DNA of 64,000 bases, taken from the human T2T-CHM13v2.0 reference genome, Homo sapiens. The translations under genes were made by a program, and so were the position numbers. The notes beneath the pieces were generated by a model. It saw only the letters and a list, made by a program, of their open reading frames with translations. It did not search any database and was not told where the DNA came from. Location of the stretch: the NCBI RefSeq assembly GCF_009914755.1, contig NC_060938.1. One strand, written 5' to 3'. Within the stretch, counting starts at the first letter, position 1. Each line of letters opens with the position of its first letter. Of this stretch, positions 1 through 17,005 are shown piece by piece.

Positions 1-203
1 GGCTCAGGTGATCCTCCCACCTCAGCCTCCTGAGTAGCTGGTACTGCAGGTACACGCCACCACACCCAGCTAATTTTTTGTATCTTTTGTAGAGACAGGG
101 TTTCAACATGTTGCCCAGGCTGCTTTGAAACTCCTAGGCTCAAGCGATCCGCTCACCTCAGCCTCCCAAAATATTGGGGTTGCTGATGTGAACCACTGCA
201 CCT
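1..203 (-). mobile_element. Alu (AluJ-like), cut by window edge
   Basis: Antisense Alu motifs gatcctcccacctcagcctcc, tagagacagggttt, cctcccaaa. Confidence 0.9.
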
Positions 204-221
204 ATTGGCTAACGTTGTTGG

Positions 222-305
222 TCATCGTTTCATGTACTTATTTGCCATCTCTATATCTTCTTTGGTGAAGGATTGTTTCCAATCATTTTGCCCTTTTATT
301 ATTGG
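222..305 (-). mobile_element. Old L1 ORF2 3' fragment
   Basis: Minus-strand translation FTKEDIEMANKYMKR, typical of the L1 ORF2p C-terminal region. Confidence 0.7.
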
Positions 306-1022
306 CTGAGAGCTAATTAAATGTACATTCGAATAAGTGTAAGCATAGAGAGCTAGACACAGAATCTTACTGGCTGTCCAGTTTGGGCAGGTCTGGGAAA
401 GGAGACCAGAACATCCAGGAGGCATCTGTGGACATTGAAAACTTGGAGGAGGGCTCATAAGGGCGGAAGGAAAAGTGGTCAGCCTAAAAATAAATTCTGC
501 CAGCTTCACAGTTTGTCTAAGTTTAGCCTGAGGCCCCCCTAACAGTTTTCTCACCATTAGCACTGAATTCCAGCCCCCAGATGCTCTGAGAGCCCCAATT
601 TCACCACGCTTTCTGTGGGAGTTTCCTGGTTCAGGAGTGCACCACCATATGTCACTCTGGCCTGAAGAAGTTTGCCAAGTTTGTAGACAAATACGGAGAC
701 ACCCACGAGAAGTGCTTAGATAAGATTTGGCCCAGAGTCTTGTCTGGGGGCAGAGCTGAGAAGAAAGCGATGTCTAAAACGCGCTTCACTAACAGGAGGA
801 CTTTGGAAAGGAGGGATGGAGAGAAAGGACTGAGGAGAGTTAGGAGAGAGGACGTGAGGGAACAGTCATGCTCTGATCAAGGACACTGTGTTCAGCCATG
901 GATAACTCCATGCCGCAAAGAGATAAGTGGGAGAGAGTCCAGGAAAGAGCAGGATAAATGATTAAGGAACAGAGAAGCTGATGTATGAAGCTGATTTAAT
1001 AGAACTCACCGAAGCTTTTTCA

Positions 1023-1676
<654 letters not shown>

Positions 1677-1982
1677 TTAGAGGAATCTTTCTGGTTGGGT
1701 CCTGTCCATGGGTTCCCCCATCCATGGTTATATCTATATTCCTCGGGCTACACCCAGTTGCCCTAGGCTGAGGTTTATCCTAATATGCCTAATTCCTCTT
1801 TGAACTAGGCCTTTCCTCAAGCCAGGAGCTCAGGAAAAAATAACAAATGATTCTACTTTGACTATCTTAACACAATTGCACAAACTATTTTGGAGTACTT
1901 CGTCTGATCATTTTTTTGTATATGTTGGAAGCGCTCGTGTCACATCATAACACCTCAGTGCATATATTAGAGATAATCATTC

Positions 1983-2505
1983 TGTGATGATTCATTTTCT
2001 GTGTCAACTTGACCGCGCCACAGTGCCCAGATATTTGGCCAAAAGTTATTCTGGATGTTTTTGTGGGAGTGTTTTTGGATGAGATTTGCTTTTTAAATCA
2101 ATGGACTCTGAGTAAAGCAGACTGCCCCCCATGGTGTGGTGGGCCACGCCAAATCAGTTGAAGGCCTGAATAGCACAAAAGGCTCACCTCCCCTGAGCAA
2201 GAGGGAATTCTGCCAGCCAACTGCCTTCAAATTTCTTCTGAAACATCAGCTCTTCCTGGTTCACTAGCAGACTGTCTTTGGACTTGAACTGAAACCCTTT
2301 CCTACATCTCTGGCCAGTTAGCCTCCCGTGTCAGATTTTGGATGTATCAGGCTTCCACAATTGGGTGAGGCGATTCCTTTAGAATAAATCTCTTTACACA
2401 CACACACACACACACACACGTGTACCCACACACACGTGCATATGCACACACACACACGCACACATCCATCCTATTGCTTCTGTTTCTCTGGAGAACCCTA
2501 ATACA
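1983..2505 (+). mobile_element. MLT2 (HERV-L) solo LTR containing a (CA)n tract
   Basis: Starts tgtgatg..tgtgtcaacttgac, ends ctggagaaccctaataca; AATAAA followed by (CA)n at about 2396-2463. Confidence 0.85.
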
Positions 2506-3166
2506 AATTTGCATGTCATTAAATATCACTAGTGATGTAGCTAAGCATTCAAAATACTAAGAATGTGGTCATGGGCTTCCTCAATTAAGAATTCAGAACT
2601 GGGAGCTCGTAAGTTCACTGAAATTACTGTATGTTAAAGTAGGAGCTTACGCCTATCATAGGGCAAATAGCGCAAACATTTTTGGAGTTATCTCCAATGG
2701 CACAAAAGGCCATTTGTATGAACATATATATTTCAACCCCCTTTGAACTCTGTGAGTTAAAAATAAAAAATTAAAATGTATCAGTATCAACATAATCATT
2801 AATAATGTTGGCCTCTTTCCATTTAATCCCTTCTGTCTCACAACTAAAAGATCTGCTAATGAGTTTTTATTTTGAAAAGAGCACCTGGTACTAATTTCAC
2901 ATAGAAATAACATCCTTAGTAAAAAGAGATTTTATAATACAACAGAGTAATTCCTTCATCATCAAAATGCCTTATTAAGTGTCCTTTTACATGCAATACT
3001 CTACAGGTGTTATAAAAAGAAAAACCTTTCCTTAATAGTTTATAATATGAGCTATCACATATTAATAACTAATAATTATCATTTATTGAGTACCTGCTAT
3101 GTATCATACTGTTTTAAATGCATTATGGGTATAAATTTTTATTATTGTGACAAATCTGCTAGATAG

Positions 3167-4240
3167 TGTTATGTAATAAAGAATTTGGTCTTTTTCCTGG
3201 TTCCTGGGAAAGAGACTAAATTCTTGGAATTTCCTGAGTAATAAGAGTGCCTTGTTATTCATGGTGGGTCCCTAGAACCACACCTGAGTTAATGCTAATG
3301 AGGTGACACAGGATAGGGTTTGTTCACACCAGAAAGACCAACCATGTGATTAAAGGGTTGGGGCTTAGAGCCATGGGCTATCACATAACCTCCATGGAAG
3401 GAAGAGGAGAAGGGCGGGAGATTGAGCTTAATCATGGGGCCAGTGATTCTATCAATCATGGCTATTCAATGAAACCCCAGTAAAAACCCTGGACACTGAA
3501 GTGCCATCAAAGTTCCTGGTTGACTATAAACACTGCTATGGACTGAATGTATCTTCCCAAAATTCCTATGTTGAATCCCAGGTCTCCAATGTAACAGTAT
3601 TTATAGGGGAGGCCTTTGGTGGGTAAAAAGCAATGCTGGCTCTGGCTCTACCTGCAGGGATGAGATTAGTGACCTTATAAGAAGAGACGCAGAGAGATGA
3701 TCTCTTTCTCTGCCATATGAGGATACATCAAGAAGGTGTGTGTCTGCAAACCAGGAAGAGGGCCCTCACCAGAACCTGGACTTGCCAGCCTCTAGAACTG
3801 TGAGAAATAAATTTCTGTTGTTTAAGCCACTCAGTCTATGGTATTTTTTTATAGCAGCCAGAACTGACTAAGACACACACTGACATGCTGGGAAGGGTAT
3901 GTGTCCAGAGGACATGAGAGCTCCTGCATTTGAGAACCCTCCTCCTAGACCTCACACTACGTATCTCTTCATTTAGCTGGTCCTGATTTGTGTCCTTTAT
4001 AATAAAGCTGCAATCATTAATATAGTGCTTTCCTGAGTTCTGTGAGCTTTTCTAGTGAATTATCAAAGCTGAGGTAGTAGTAAGAACCCCTAAATTTGTA
4101 GCCAGTTGGTCAAAAGTGCAGGTGGCCTGGGGGTCCCAGAGCTTGTGGTGGGTGTCTGAAGTGAGGGGAGTATTATAGAGGACTGTGCCTTCAACCTGTG
4201 AAATTTGTCCTCACTCTGGGTAGCTAGCATCAGAATTGCA
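3167..4240 (+). mobile_element. MER21-type LTR, inserted in a MIR and interrupted by a MaLR LTR
   Basis: MER21-like motifs ttggaatttcctgagt..ccacacctgagttaatgctaatgaggtgac; MIR pieces at about 3070-3165 and 4250-4390. Confidence 0.7.
3534..3875 (+). mobile_element. MaLR solo LTR (MLT1A/MST group)
   Basis: tgctatggactgaatgt...tgtgagaaataaatttctgttgtttaagccac...gactaagaca. Confidence 0.85.
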
Positions 4241-4699
4241 CCAGAGGTAGTGATTCTTATCCCCGTTTAACAGATAAGGAAAATAATGCTTGAAGTGCTA
4301 AAGTACTATGCTCAGAGACACACAGCTCATGATGGGTAATACCATGTTTCAAAGCATATTTGTCTAATTCCAAAACCTACACTCTTTCTACCACTCTGGG
4401 AAGAGATGGGATCTCTGGGTTAGTCTGATAGATTTGCTACCAGGTTCTCTGTCATTTGGCATAAAAAGTATTTATTCAATCTACAGTGAATCATTTGCCC
4501 TACACTGATTGGCTTGTTCACTTGGAGAATGATGGTAATAAGCAGTGCTGGCTCTGGCTTCAGGTGAAGGAAATCCCTACAATCACTGTCAAGAGGTTGT
4601 GCTGGAATGGAATGGAGGCTTTTGACACACAAAACTCCAGGCTCAAAAATCGAAAGTATTGGCTTACCTGACTTAAAAAGAGAGTAAGGGAGCTGAACA

Positions 4700-5995
4700 T
4701 AACCTTCACCAAAAAAAATGTGCAGATGACAAATAAGCGCATGAGAAGACACACAACATCATTAGTCATTAGCAAAATGCAAATTAAAACTACAATGAGA
4801 TGCCACTCCACACCAACTAAAATGGGTAATAACTGATAAATAAAATTACTGACAATATCAAGTGCTAACGGGTGTGGAGCAACTGGAGTGCTCATATTTT
4901 GCTGGTAGGCATGCAAAATAATACAGTTACTTTGGAAAACCACTTTGGCATTTTCTTATAAAGTTGAACATATCTGTACCATATGACCCAGCAATCCCAC
5001 TCCTAGGTATTTATAAATGTAAACATTTATAAACACAGATGTTTACAATGGCTTCATTCACAGTCACCCAACACAGGAAACAACCCAATGTCCCTCAACA
5101 GGTCAGTAAATAAGCAAATTGTAGTACATCCATAAAAAGTGATACAGTACTTCTCAGCAATAAAAAGGAACAAACATGCCAGTATGTATAGCAGCATTAT
5201 TTACAATAGCCCAAAGGCAGAAGCAATGCAAATGTCCATCAACAGATGAATGATTCACAAAATGTGGCATATGCATACAATGGAATATTATCCACTCTTA
5301 AGAAAGAATGAAATTCTGATACATGCTACAGCATGGATCAACCTTAAAAACACTATGTTAAGTGAGATAAGCTAGAGACAATAGGACATATATTGCATAA
5401 TTCCCTTATGTGAGGTAATTGAAATAGACAAATTGATGGAGACAGAAAGTAGAATCCAGTTTACCAGGGGCTGGGAGAGGGAAGAATGGGGGAGGGGGGT
5501 TTATTTAATGGATACAGAGTTTCATTTTAGGAAAAAGTTCTGGAGATGGATGGTGGTGATGGTTGCCAACAGTGTGCATGTAGCTAATGTCACTGAATTG
5601 TAAACTTAAAATGGTTAAAATTGTAAATTTTATGTTATATATATTTTACACAATTTTTAAAAAGAACAAAACTACTGATACACACAACATGTATGAAATC
5701 TCAAATACGTTACGCTACGTGAAAGAAGACAGAGCCAAAAGGTTACATACAGTAGGATTCCGTTGGTGTGATATTCTTGCAAAGGCAAAACAATAGCAGC
5801 AGAAAACATCTGCAGTTGTTGGGGCTGCGGTCAGGGAAAGGGCCGACTACAAAGAGATACTGGAGAATTTGGGGGGAATGATGGAACTTGATTGTGGTGC
5901 TGGTTCCATGACTATATACTTTTGTTAAAATTCACAGAACTGCACACTAAATTTGATAAATTTTACTGTCAATAAATTATACTTTAATAAAAATA
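4700..5995 (+). mobile_element. Old L1M 3' end with a second L1M(B) 3' end nested at about 5176-5660
   Basis: ORF2 tail/3'UTR motifs (aaatgcaaattaaaactacaatgaga; gacccagcaatcccactcctagg) with the 3'UTR occurring twice; near-duplicate aaaaaggaacaaa/aaaaagaacaaa flanks the inner copy. Confidence 0.8.
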
Positions 5996-6437
5996 ATGGA
6001 GGGAGTATTGACTTTTGAAACTCTATACTTCTCTATCATAGCATTTGTCCTCTGCAGCAATAAATGCTAGTTAACATTGGAGAAGGGTGAAGATATAAGG
6101 ACTTACAGGAGGCAAACGCCTTGAATAATATGTCAAAATATGAAAAACTCAGTCTGTCACCACAGTCGTCATGAATTCTCCATCCTGATTCTCCTCTTCT
6201 GCTTTAGTTCCCACTCGATCATGTGTGTTGGTCTCAGAACCACTTAGGGCAGCCTTATCTGTGCCACCACCCATCACATGAATGCCAAAGTCCATGTCAC
6301 AGGTGCTATCTCTGGAACTTCCTGAGGCTTTTTATCATGAGGATATCAGAGTAAACCTGAATTTCATGCAGAGGCTGAAAGAATGGCCTCCTCCCTAACT
6401 CACTCTATGCCACACTTTGTTCCCAGGGCCATAAGGC

Positions 6438-6701
6438 CTGGGCTGGCTTAACCATTAGCACGGTAGGCACAGCACCTAGGGCCCACAATACTATTAGGAT
6501 CTCATGAAATAGTTTTAATTTCTTTTAAAATCAGAAGAAAAAATGAACTTTAGGATCAAATAAAATGTTTTAATATATAATATTAATATATTCACCTTTA
6601 TACCAATGTAGTTGTAAAATACCATTTTAATTTTTTTTAATGAGAAAAGGGCCCAAGAAGGTAAAAGTACACAGGGCCTTTGAAAGTCATAATGCAGCCC
6701 T
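6438..6701. mobile_element. Non-autonomous hAT (Tip100-type) MITE
   Basis: Ends gggctggctta.../...taatgcagccct, internal inverted ctagggcccac motifs, AT-rich core; exact family uncertain. Confidence 0.55.
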
Positions 6702-7192
6702 TTGTGAAGAAGTTCTGTGTGTTGCCAGAATCTCACCAAATCTCTCTTAAACTGTTGGGTCAGCTTTTTGCTGATGTTTATTTAGCCATAAGGGTTCAAA
6801 TTGGATCAGGTGGTGATCACATGGCTCTTTGCTCTTCTTCCCTACTTTTCTAACTCTCTGCTTCACTAAAATTTCTCTACACTTCTCAAGTTACAAGACC
6901 AAAACTAGGTAGGCAAACAAATTCCAATCTTCTCTAGAAACTTGTTTCTTTCAGTTATTATGTTGGTAATTTATGTCCTTTTGGCCCAAAGTCTTGTACA
7001 TAAATTGAACATTTTAGTGTGTGGTGTTTCCCCATAATTCTCAAAATCAGATAATGATGGCATAAAGGTTAATTCCTGAAACCTTTCTCTCCCAGTACAA
7101 ATCCAATTTCAGTAGGCCCTCCGTATCCATGGATTCCACATCCATGGATTCCACATCCATGGATTCAACCAACTATAGATCAAACATATTAG

Positions 7193-7502
<310 letters not shown>

Positions 7503-7637
7503 CTAGAGAATTTTTTAAATGGATGGTTGCATTCATATTGAACATGTGCAGACTTTTTCCTTTTCGTTATTCTCTAAACAATACAGTACAACAATTTACA
7601 TAGCATTTATATTGTATAAGCTATTACAAGTATTCTA

Positions 7638-8044
<407 letters not shown>

Positions 8045-8408
8045 TCACAGGGGGTCCTGGAACCAATCCCCCATGACTACTGAGGGATGACTGTACTAAC
8101 CACTCCTCCAAGTAGCATGGAGCAGCTACTTGGGAGCAGTGAGCAGAGAAGCCTGTAGGAAGTGTGTGTGAAGTGTGAGCTCTGCTAGCATCCAAAGAAA
8201 GAGAGGAAGCAAAACGACTGACTTCCCGGCCCTGCCTCCCCTGCCATGTCAGATGGAAGCTTGGAGACTGACCCTTGAAAGCTCCAACTAAGGACCAAAA
8301 GAGAGTCAGGTGTGGAGAGCTTAGTGGGCCCTAACATGCCCACCACACACAAGGGCAGTGCCAGGCAGTGTGCTGGGCCCCAGGAGAAGCCGGAGAAAAA
8401 TGAGGCAA

Positions 8409-8797
8409 TATTTTAGTCTGCTTTGTGTTGCTGTGACAGAATACCTGAGACTGGGTAACTTATAAAGAAGAGAAATTTATTTCTTAACAGTTCTGGAGGC
8501 TGGGAAGTCCAAGATCAAGGCACCAGCAGGTCTGTTGTCTGGTGAAGACCCAGTCTTTGGTTCCAAGATGGCACCTTGAATGCTGCATTCTCCGGGGAAT
8601 GGGGTGGGGGACTTGCTGTTGGCAGAAGAGTCCAGGAACAAAAAGAGAGAGAACCCACTCCCAAAAGCCCTTTTAGAAAGGCATTAAGCCCACCCATGGC
8701 CTAATTACCTCTTAAAGGCTCCACCTCCCAATATCATTACATTGGCAATTGAATTTCCACATGAGTTTTGGAGAGGACAAACATTCAAACCATAGCA
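8409..8797 (-). mobile_element. MST-type MaLR solo LTR
   Basis: gaatacctgagactgggtaacttataaagaa...acattcaaaccatagca; near-TSD ggcaa/ggcag. Confidence 0.85.
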
Positions 8798-9136
8798 GGC
8801 AGGCAGACTAAGTTCTTTCCTTCTCTAAAGATGGCAACCAGTTATTTTATAGCTGTGAAGACAGAGGAGCAGAGAAGCTCTCTGTCACCAACAGCTTGCA
8901 AGTAGGACACACTCTGCACCTCTCACCTGTCACAACTTTGCCTGGCCCAGGGAGCTCCAATAGCTTTATCAGAACTTCAGATTTTTGTAAGAGAAGTGAC
9001 CAGATGTAGATGAAATTGTCCTTGACTTTCCCAATAAGTGCCCCAGCTCTTTTTACATATAAGGTGTAACTTGGCTATGTAACCTAGCTAGCAATCTCTT
9101 CAAGCTCCTATGGCTTTTTAAAAGATGAGCCAGTGA

Positions 9137-9445
9137 GGCTGGGCGCAGTGGCTCGAGTTTGTAATCTCAGCACTTTGGGAGGCTGAAGTGGGTGGATCAC
9201 CTTAGATCAAGAGTTCAAGACCAGTCTGGCCAACATGGCAAAACCCTGTCTCTACTAAAAATACAAAAATTAGCCAGGCATGGTGGCGTGCGCCTATAGT
9301 CCCAGCTACTCGGGAGGCTGAGACAGAGAATTGCTTGAACCCGGGAGGCGGAGGTTGCAGTGAGCCGAGATCGCGCCACTGCACTCCAGCCTGGGTGACA
9401 CAGCTAGACTCTCTCTAAACAAACAAACAAACAAACAAAAAACCA
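9137..9445 (+). mobile_element. AluS
   Basis: Full dimer; TSD aaaagatgagcc(a/g)gtgag. Confidence 0.95.
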
Positions 9446-9799
9446 AAAAGATGAGCCGGTGAGCGTAAGCAAAGCCCATTAACACTGAAAGTACAGGAGA
9501 AGCATACCCACTCCACATTAATAATGCCAAAGTCTTGTCTTAAACTGTTAAAGTCTAGTAGTGTGTATATTACAAGATAGGAGTGACACTGCTCCATCCT
9601 CTGGACCCAATGGTAGAAGCCTGATATTGTGATTTATCCAAATCACACCAGTTATAGCAATGGATAGAGGAATGATCTGGGAATTTAGAGTCCTGTCCAC
9701 CAACCGCATCCACAACTGCGTAAGTCATTTTATTTGTTGAACTTCAGTTTCGTCATTGGGAGAAACAAGATTGTACCAGAAGATTTTTATCAAACTTAA

Positions 9800-10520
<721 letters not shown>

Positions 10521-11788
10521 AACTTTCTTAAAAAAAAAAAAAAAAGAAAGAAGAATATATGTGAACCTAAAAGTAAACAGGAACATCTACCAAGAGGAGC
10601 GGGAATGAGTGTTGGTAGGTGGGTAGGAGACCACAGTTGCCCACCTAGCCTGATCTCTGCCTAACTGCAGGTGTTCTACAGGCTCCTTCCATAGAGATGA
10701 CAGGATGCATGGAAGGAAGAGCACCCTGGAAGGAAAACACACAGTTCCAGAGGCCTCTTCAAACAGTACCAGTAATGCATACATAGGAGTGCAAAGGTGT
10801 GTACAGATTTATTTGTTCCCTATAGATACAGAGCCAGCAGTACTTAAGCACATAAATCCAGCTTTTCATCAATGAGAAGCCAAATGAGTCTCTCATTCAT
10901 CTATTACTGGATCCACCTGTCTATATAAAGCCCATCTTCATTTTGCCTGCTTGGTAAAAAAGGAAACTCTCATTGGCTCACCTAGCTCTTAGACTATAAG
11001 AAATAAAGTCTGAATCTTTCATGAGCTGCATGTCTAGGCCAGAACCCAGAAAATGGACTGTGTCCTGACCAAAGGTCAGTTATTTTCTGCCTTTGCCTTT
11101 CACTAGCATTTTACCTTGGTCTTTTTTTGCTCCCATCCTATGTGAATTTCCCATGCCTCTCCTCAGACACACACTCTCTGTAGAGAGATGCAAAATCTTT
11201 ATGGAGTAACAACCTTTGTAACAATGAAAAAATTCCTCCCCTGATGACTTGGGACAGATTGGAGCCAAACCATTTCCTTCAGTCCCTGAGCACATTGTTT
11301 CCCTCCAGTGACTTCTGCAATCCAGAAACAGCTGCAAATTCCAGTAAAACAATGTTCTGATCCAATCCCTCAAGCCATCTTTACCCTTTTGTTTTTCTCT
11401 CTGGAGGGAGGAAAGAAAAAATATTTGAAAACCTGCCATGGTGCGTTATTTCCAAGCGTCTGTTGATGGAGGTGTGAGCCAAGAAGCCCTTTTTATTGGA
11501 GGAAAGAAGGAGAGAGTAAAAATGGAAGCAAGGGAGATATGAAAAAATGATGGAAAAGGGCATGGAGAAACATCTCAGGGAGTGGAATAAAGTTATGCAA
11601 TGGAAAAAAAATGAGCAAAAACATTGCCTATACAATGCAACTGAAATGTGCTCAATTCAGGTTTTAGCTCACCTCTCCTCTCACTTTGGGTAAGCCAGGA
11701 AGCCAGTCTATCTCAACATTTAATTTGGGCAATTTTTACATGAAACTAACCCATAAGAGAACATCAGGATATATTAAAATGATGCTGT

Positions 11789-11963
11789 GGCCAGGCATAG
11801 TGGCACATACCTGTAGTCCTAGCTACTTGGAAGACTGAGGTGGGAGGATTCCTTGGGCCCAGGAGTTTAAGGCTGCAGTTAACTGTAATTACACCTGTGA
11901 ACAGACACTGTACTCTACTCTGAGCAACAGAGCGAGGCTCCATCTATTAAAAAATAAAATAAA
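11789..11963 (+). mobile_element. FAM-type fossil Alu monomer
   Basis: Single monomer keeping the 7SL-like segment cctgtgaacagacactg that dimeric Alus lack. Confidence 0.7.
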
Positions 11964-12139
11964 GGATACAGTGAATTGAAAATGCATGAAGGTATGTTTC
12001 ACAAAATGATTTACAGGAATACTCTTGTAATTTGCAACCTTCACAATACACTTAAATGGTGTATCAATTTATAAAGCTACCTTTTAATTTATCTTACAAA
12101 TTAAAGTTTATAAAATTGCCCTTTCAGATTCATTTCTAC

Positions 12140-12880
<741 letters not shown>

Positions 12881-13625
12881 CTGATTTTTTCCTTCACCTA
12901 GACTATAAGTCCCTTGAGTGCAGTCTTATAGGATGTTTCGTGTGTTCTCAAAACATCTAGCATGGTCCCAAAACTTCCAGCATGATACAGAGCAAAGCTT
13001 TGTCATTCACAGTGTTGATGATCTGAAGAAAGTTCCTTCATTTAGTCTGCCTTCTTTCCAAAGTCACACATGCAGACCTATTTAGTGAACTCTTCATGAT
13101 TCCATCTATTCACACAAAGTCAGCCCATCATTTTTACCCAATACCTGTGTTTAATGGGATTTTGCTGCTATGGAAAGTAGTGTGATGTAATGGAAACAGC
13201 AGGGGGTTTGGAGCCTCACTGACCCAGGCTCAACTTCTAGGTCTGCTACCTTCTAGTTGGGTAACAAGGAAAAGCTGCTTAAAGTTCCCAAGAACCACTG
13301 ACATTATATACGAATGTGAGATGAAGAATTATCACGTCTCTGCCTCCTTCTCCCTCTTGCTTCTTCTCATCTTTACCAGAGTGACCAACTTGTGTCTTTT
13401 GTCCTTAATTTAAACACAATGGCCAGTGGTATAATGAAGCCAGGCTCCTGAGGAAGAGGGGATAGAAAAGAAAGGAAAGGAAAATATTAGAAGGTTTAGA
13501 CATTGGCAGCATGGACCAGGCTTATGATAAATATTTAAATATGATTTTTGGAGACATGAAAGAAATTATGATACTTAAAGAAGCTGATGAGGAAACACAT
13601 GAGGAAGTGTAAAAAAATGAGCAAG

Positions 13626-13905
13626 AGACCAGCACAGTGGCCTGTAATCCCAGCACTTTGAGAGGCTGAGGCAGGAGGATGGCTTGAGGCCAGGAGTTAG
13701 AGACTAGCCTGGGCAACATAGGGAGAACTTGTGCTACAAAAAAATGAAATATTAGCCAGACACGGTCGGGTGCACTTGTGGTTCCAGCTACTTGTGAAGC
13801 TGAGGAGGAGGATCACTTGAACCTAGGAGAGTGAGGCTGCAGTGAGCCATGATTACACCACTGCACTCCAGCATGGGTAACAGAGTGAGACTCTGTCTCT
13901 TAAAG
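13626..13905 (+). mobile_element. AluJ
   Basis: J-type diagnostics (gaggccaggagtt, gaggctgcagtgagccatgat). Confidence 0.9.
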
Positions 13906-14062
13906 AAGAAGTGAACAAGCTGGACTATTCCAATGCTGCTTGTCTGAAGCAATGGTGCTGTAGTCATAGTCTTTTCATTGAGAGCTGGCTGAAACAAAGA
14001 ATTTATCCAATGTAGAAACTAGGACACTAAGTAGAGAACATGTTCAAAAGAGAAATGTAGTA

Positions 14063-14406
<344 letters not shown>

Positions 14407-14929
14407 TTAAATGAGGTCATTTGTAAGTAATTCATAAATTCACACCAAAATGGAATTTAAAATTTTCCAACTCCACCAATAAAGTGAGTACCATTATGCA
14501 GAACTCATGGAACAAGGTGATTTACTCTTAACATTTTCTTTATAGATAAATACTCCAGTTACCTTTGTGGGGTGGGGAAAGCACCCCTGCAAGGCACACC
14601 TGGTGTGGACTAAAAGACAACCTATGGGAAGAGGACAGGAATGTTTGCACCATGCGGCGCTGGGCTCAGAGTGTCTCCATCATTGGCTATGGCTGAGTGT
14701 GTTCTTTCAGGCAATGGCCAAGCTGCATGCCTACCTAACTGGTGTGGAGAATCACAGCCGGGTCACAGCTTAGGATTAGAGTACCTTCTTCAACAGGTTG
14801 CTACGAGGCCACTCAGTGAGACAATATAAACAAAGCAGCAAGTACTCAGCATATAGTGGGCACTCCATATATGCTTTTTATTATTTTTTTGTAGGGGTTT
14901 AGAGCCTGTATTCAATTTAGTTAAAAGGA

Positions 14930-15222
14930 TTTTTTTTTTTGAGACGGGGTCTCTCTCTGTTGCCCAGGCTGAAGTGCAGTGGCATAATCTTGGCTAACTG
15001 CAACCTCAGCCTCCTGGGTTGAAGTGATCCTCATGCCTCTGCCTCCCTAGCAGCTTGGATTACAGGTCCCTGCCATGACACCTGGCTAATTTTTGTATTT
15101 TTAGTAGAGATGGGGTTTCACCATGTTGGTCGGGCTGGTCTCAAACTCCTGGCCTCAAGTGATCTGCCCACCTCAACCTCCCAAAGTGTTGGGATTACAG
15201 GCGTGAGCCACTGCACCCAGCT
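14930..15222 (-). mobile_element. AluS
   Basis: Antisense dimer; TSD aaaggat. Confidence 0.95.
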
Positions 15223-16249
15223 GAAAGGATGTTTTTCTAATTTGGAAAATCATTATGGTTGACGTTCTTCTAATTGGTCATGCCAACTATGCAATGACCC
15301 CACAGGGTTATTTTCGACCCCCTTCCGCTTACCAGGCCTTGGATCCATAATAAGCAATGAAAAGGATCTGACAATGCTGAAGATCAAATGGTACAATGGC
15401 GTTCCAGTACACAAACATTTAAGTTGCTGGAATTCAACTATATGCTCAGCAAAAGGAAATAATACAGATGAATATATACATATATATGTAATTTTCCCCC
15501 CTACAATATGGCTCTTAAATTCAAGCCAACTACTTCATCTGGTACTCAACCAAAGAAACAGCCATGGCCATCTGTTCCAACTCTGGAGGGAAAACTGGCT
15601 ATGTTGAGTTTACTGAGAGATGGCACAGAATACATAAAACTCTGTAATCTGTTGTATGTGGGTGATGAAAGGGACTTTTAATGGTAATTTTTTTCCATAC
15701 ATGAGTTTTGTCACACATGTTGACTTTAGAACTCAAACTCCAAGCACATGCAACACCACTGCTACACACTATTATGTGTCATTTCAAGTTGTCAGGCTCA
15801 AGCATACATGAAAAATGACTCCTAACAAAATCCATACTACTCGAAGACTAATTTGGGGACTGTTTAGGCAGCCTCCTAGCTGCAACAGCTGCATTACCAT
15901 GTTCCCTTGAATAAATTCCTTCTGTCAATACTGGCATTGTTGACATCTTGAATTATTTATTTTAAAACATACTTACTTACTGAGCATCTACTAACCCACT
16001 AGGCCTTGTGCTCAGTTCTAGGGATACAGGAGTGAATAAAACAGGCTCGGTCTCTGGTCTCAAGGAGTTCACATTCTAGGAGAATTATCAGATACATTGA
16101 TCAATTAATCACACAAATTTATGACGTTTATGAAGTTTTTCAACAAATATTTATTAAGAGCTAACTATGTGCCAGGCATTGTACTAAGCACTGGAGCTAA
16201 TACTGTCAAAAAGACAAATAAAACAAGAGAGATCAAAACCTCTCTTGCA

Positions 16250-16620
<371 letters not shown>

Positions 16621-16641
16621 CTATGGTATGGCAGATATTTA

Positions 16642-17005
<364 letters not shown>

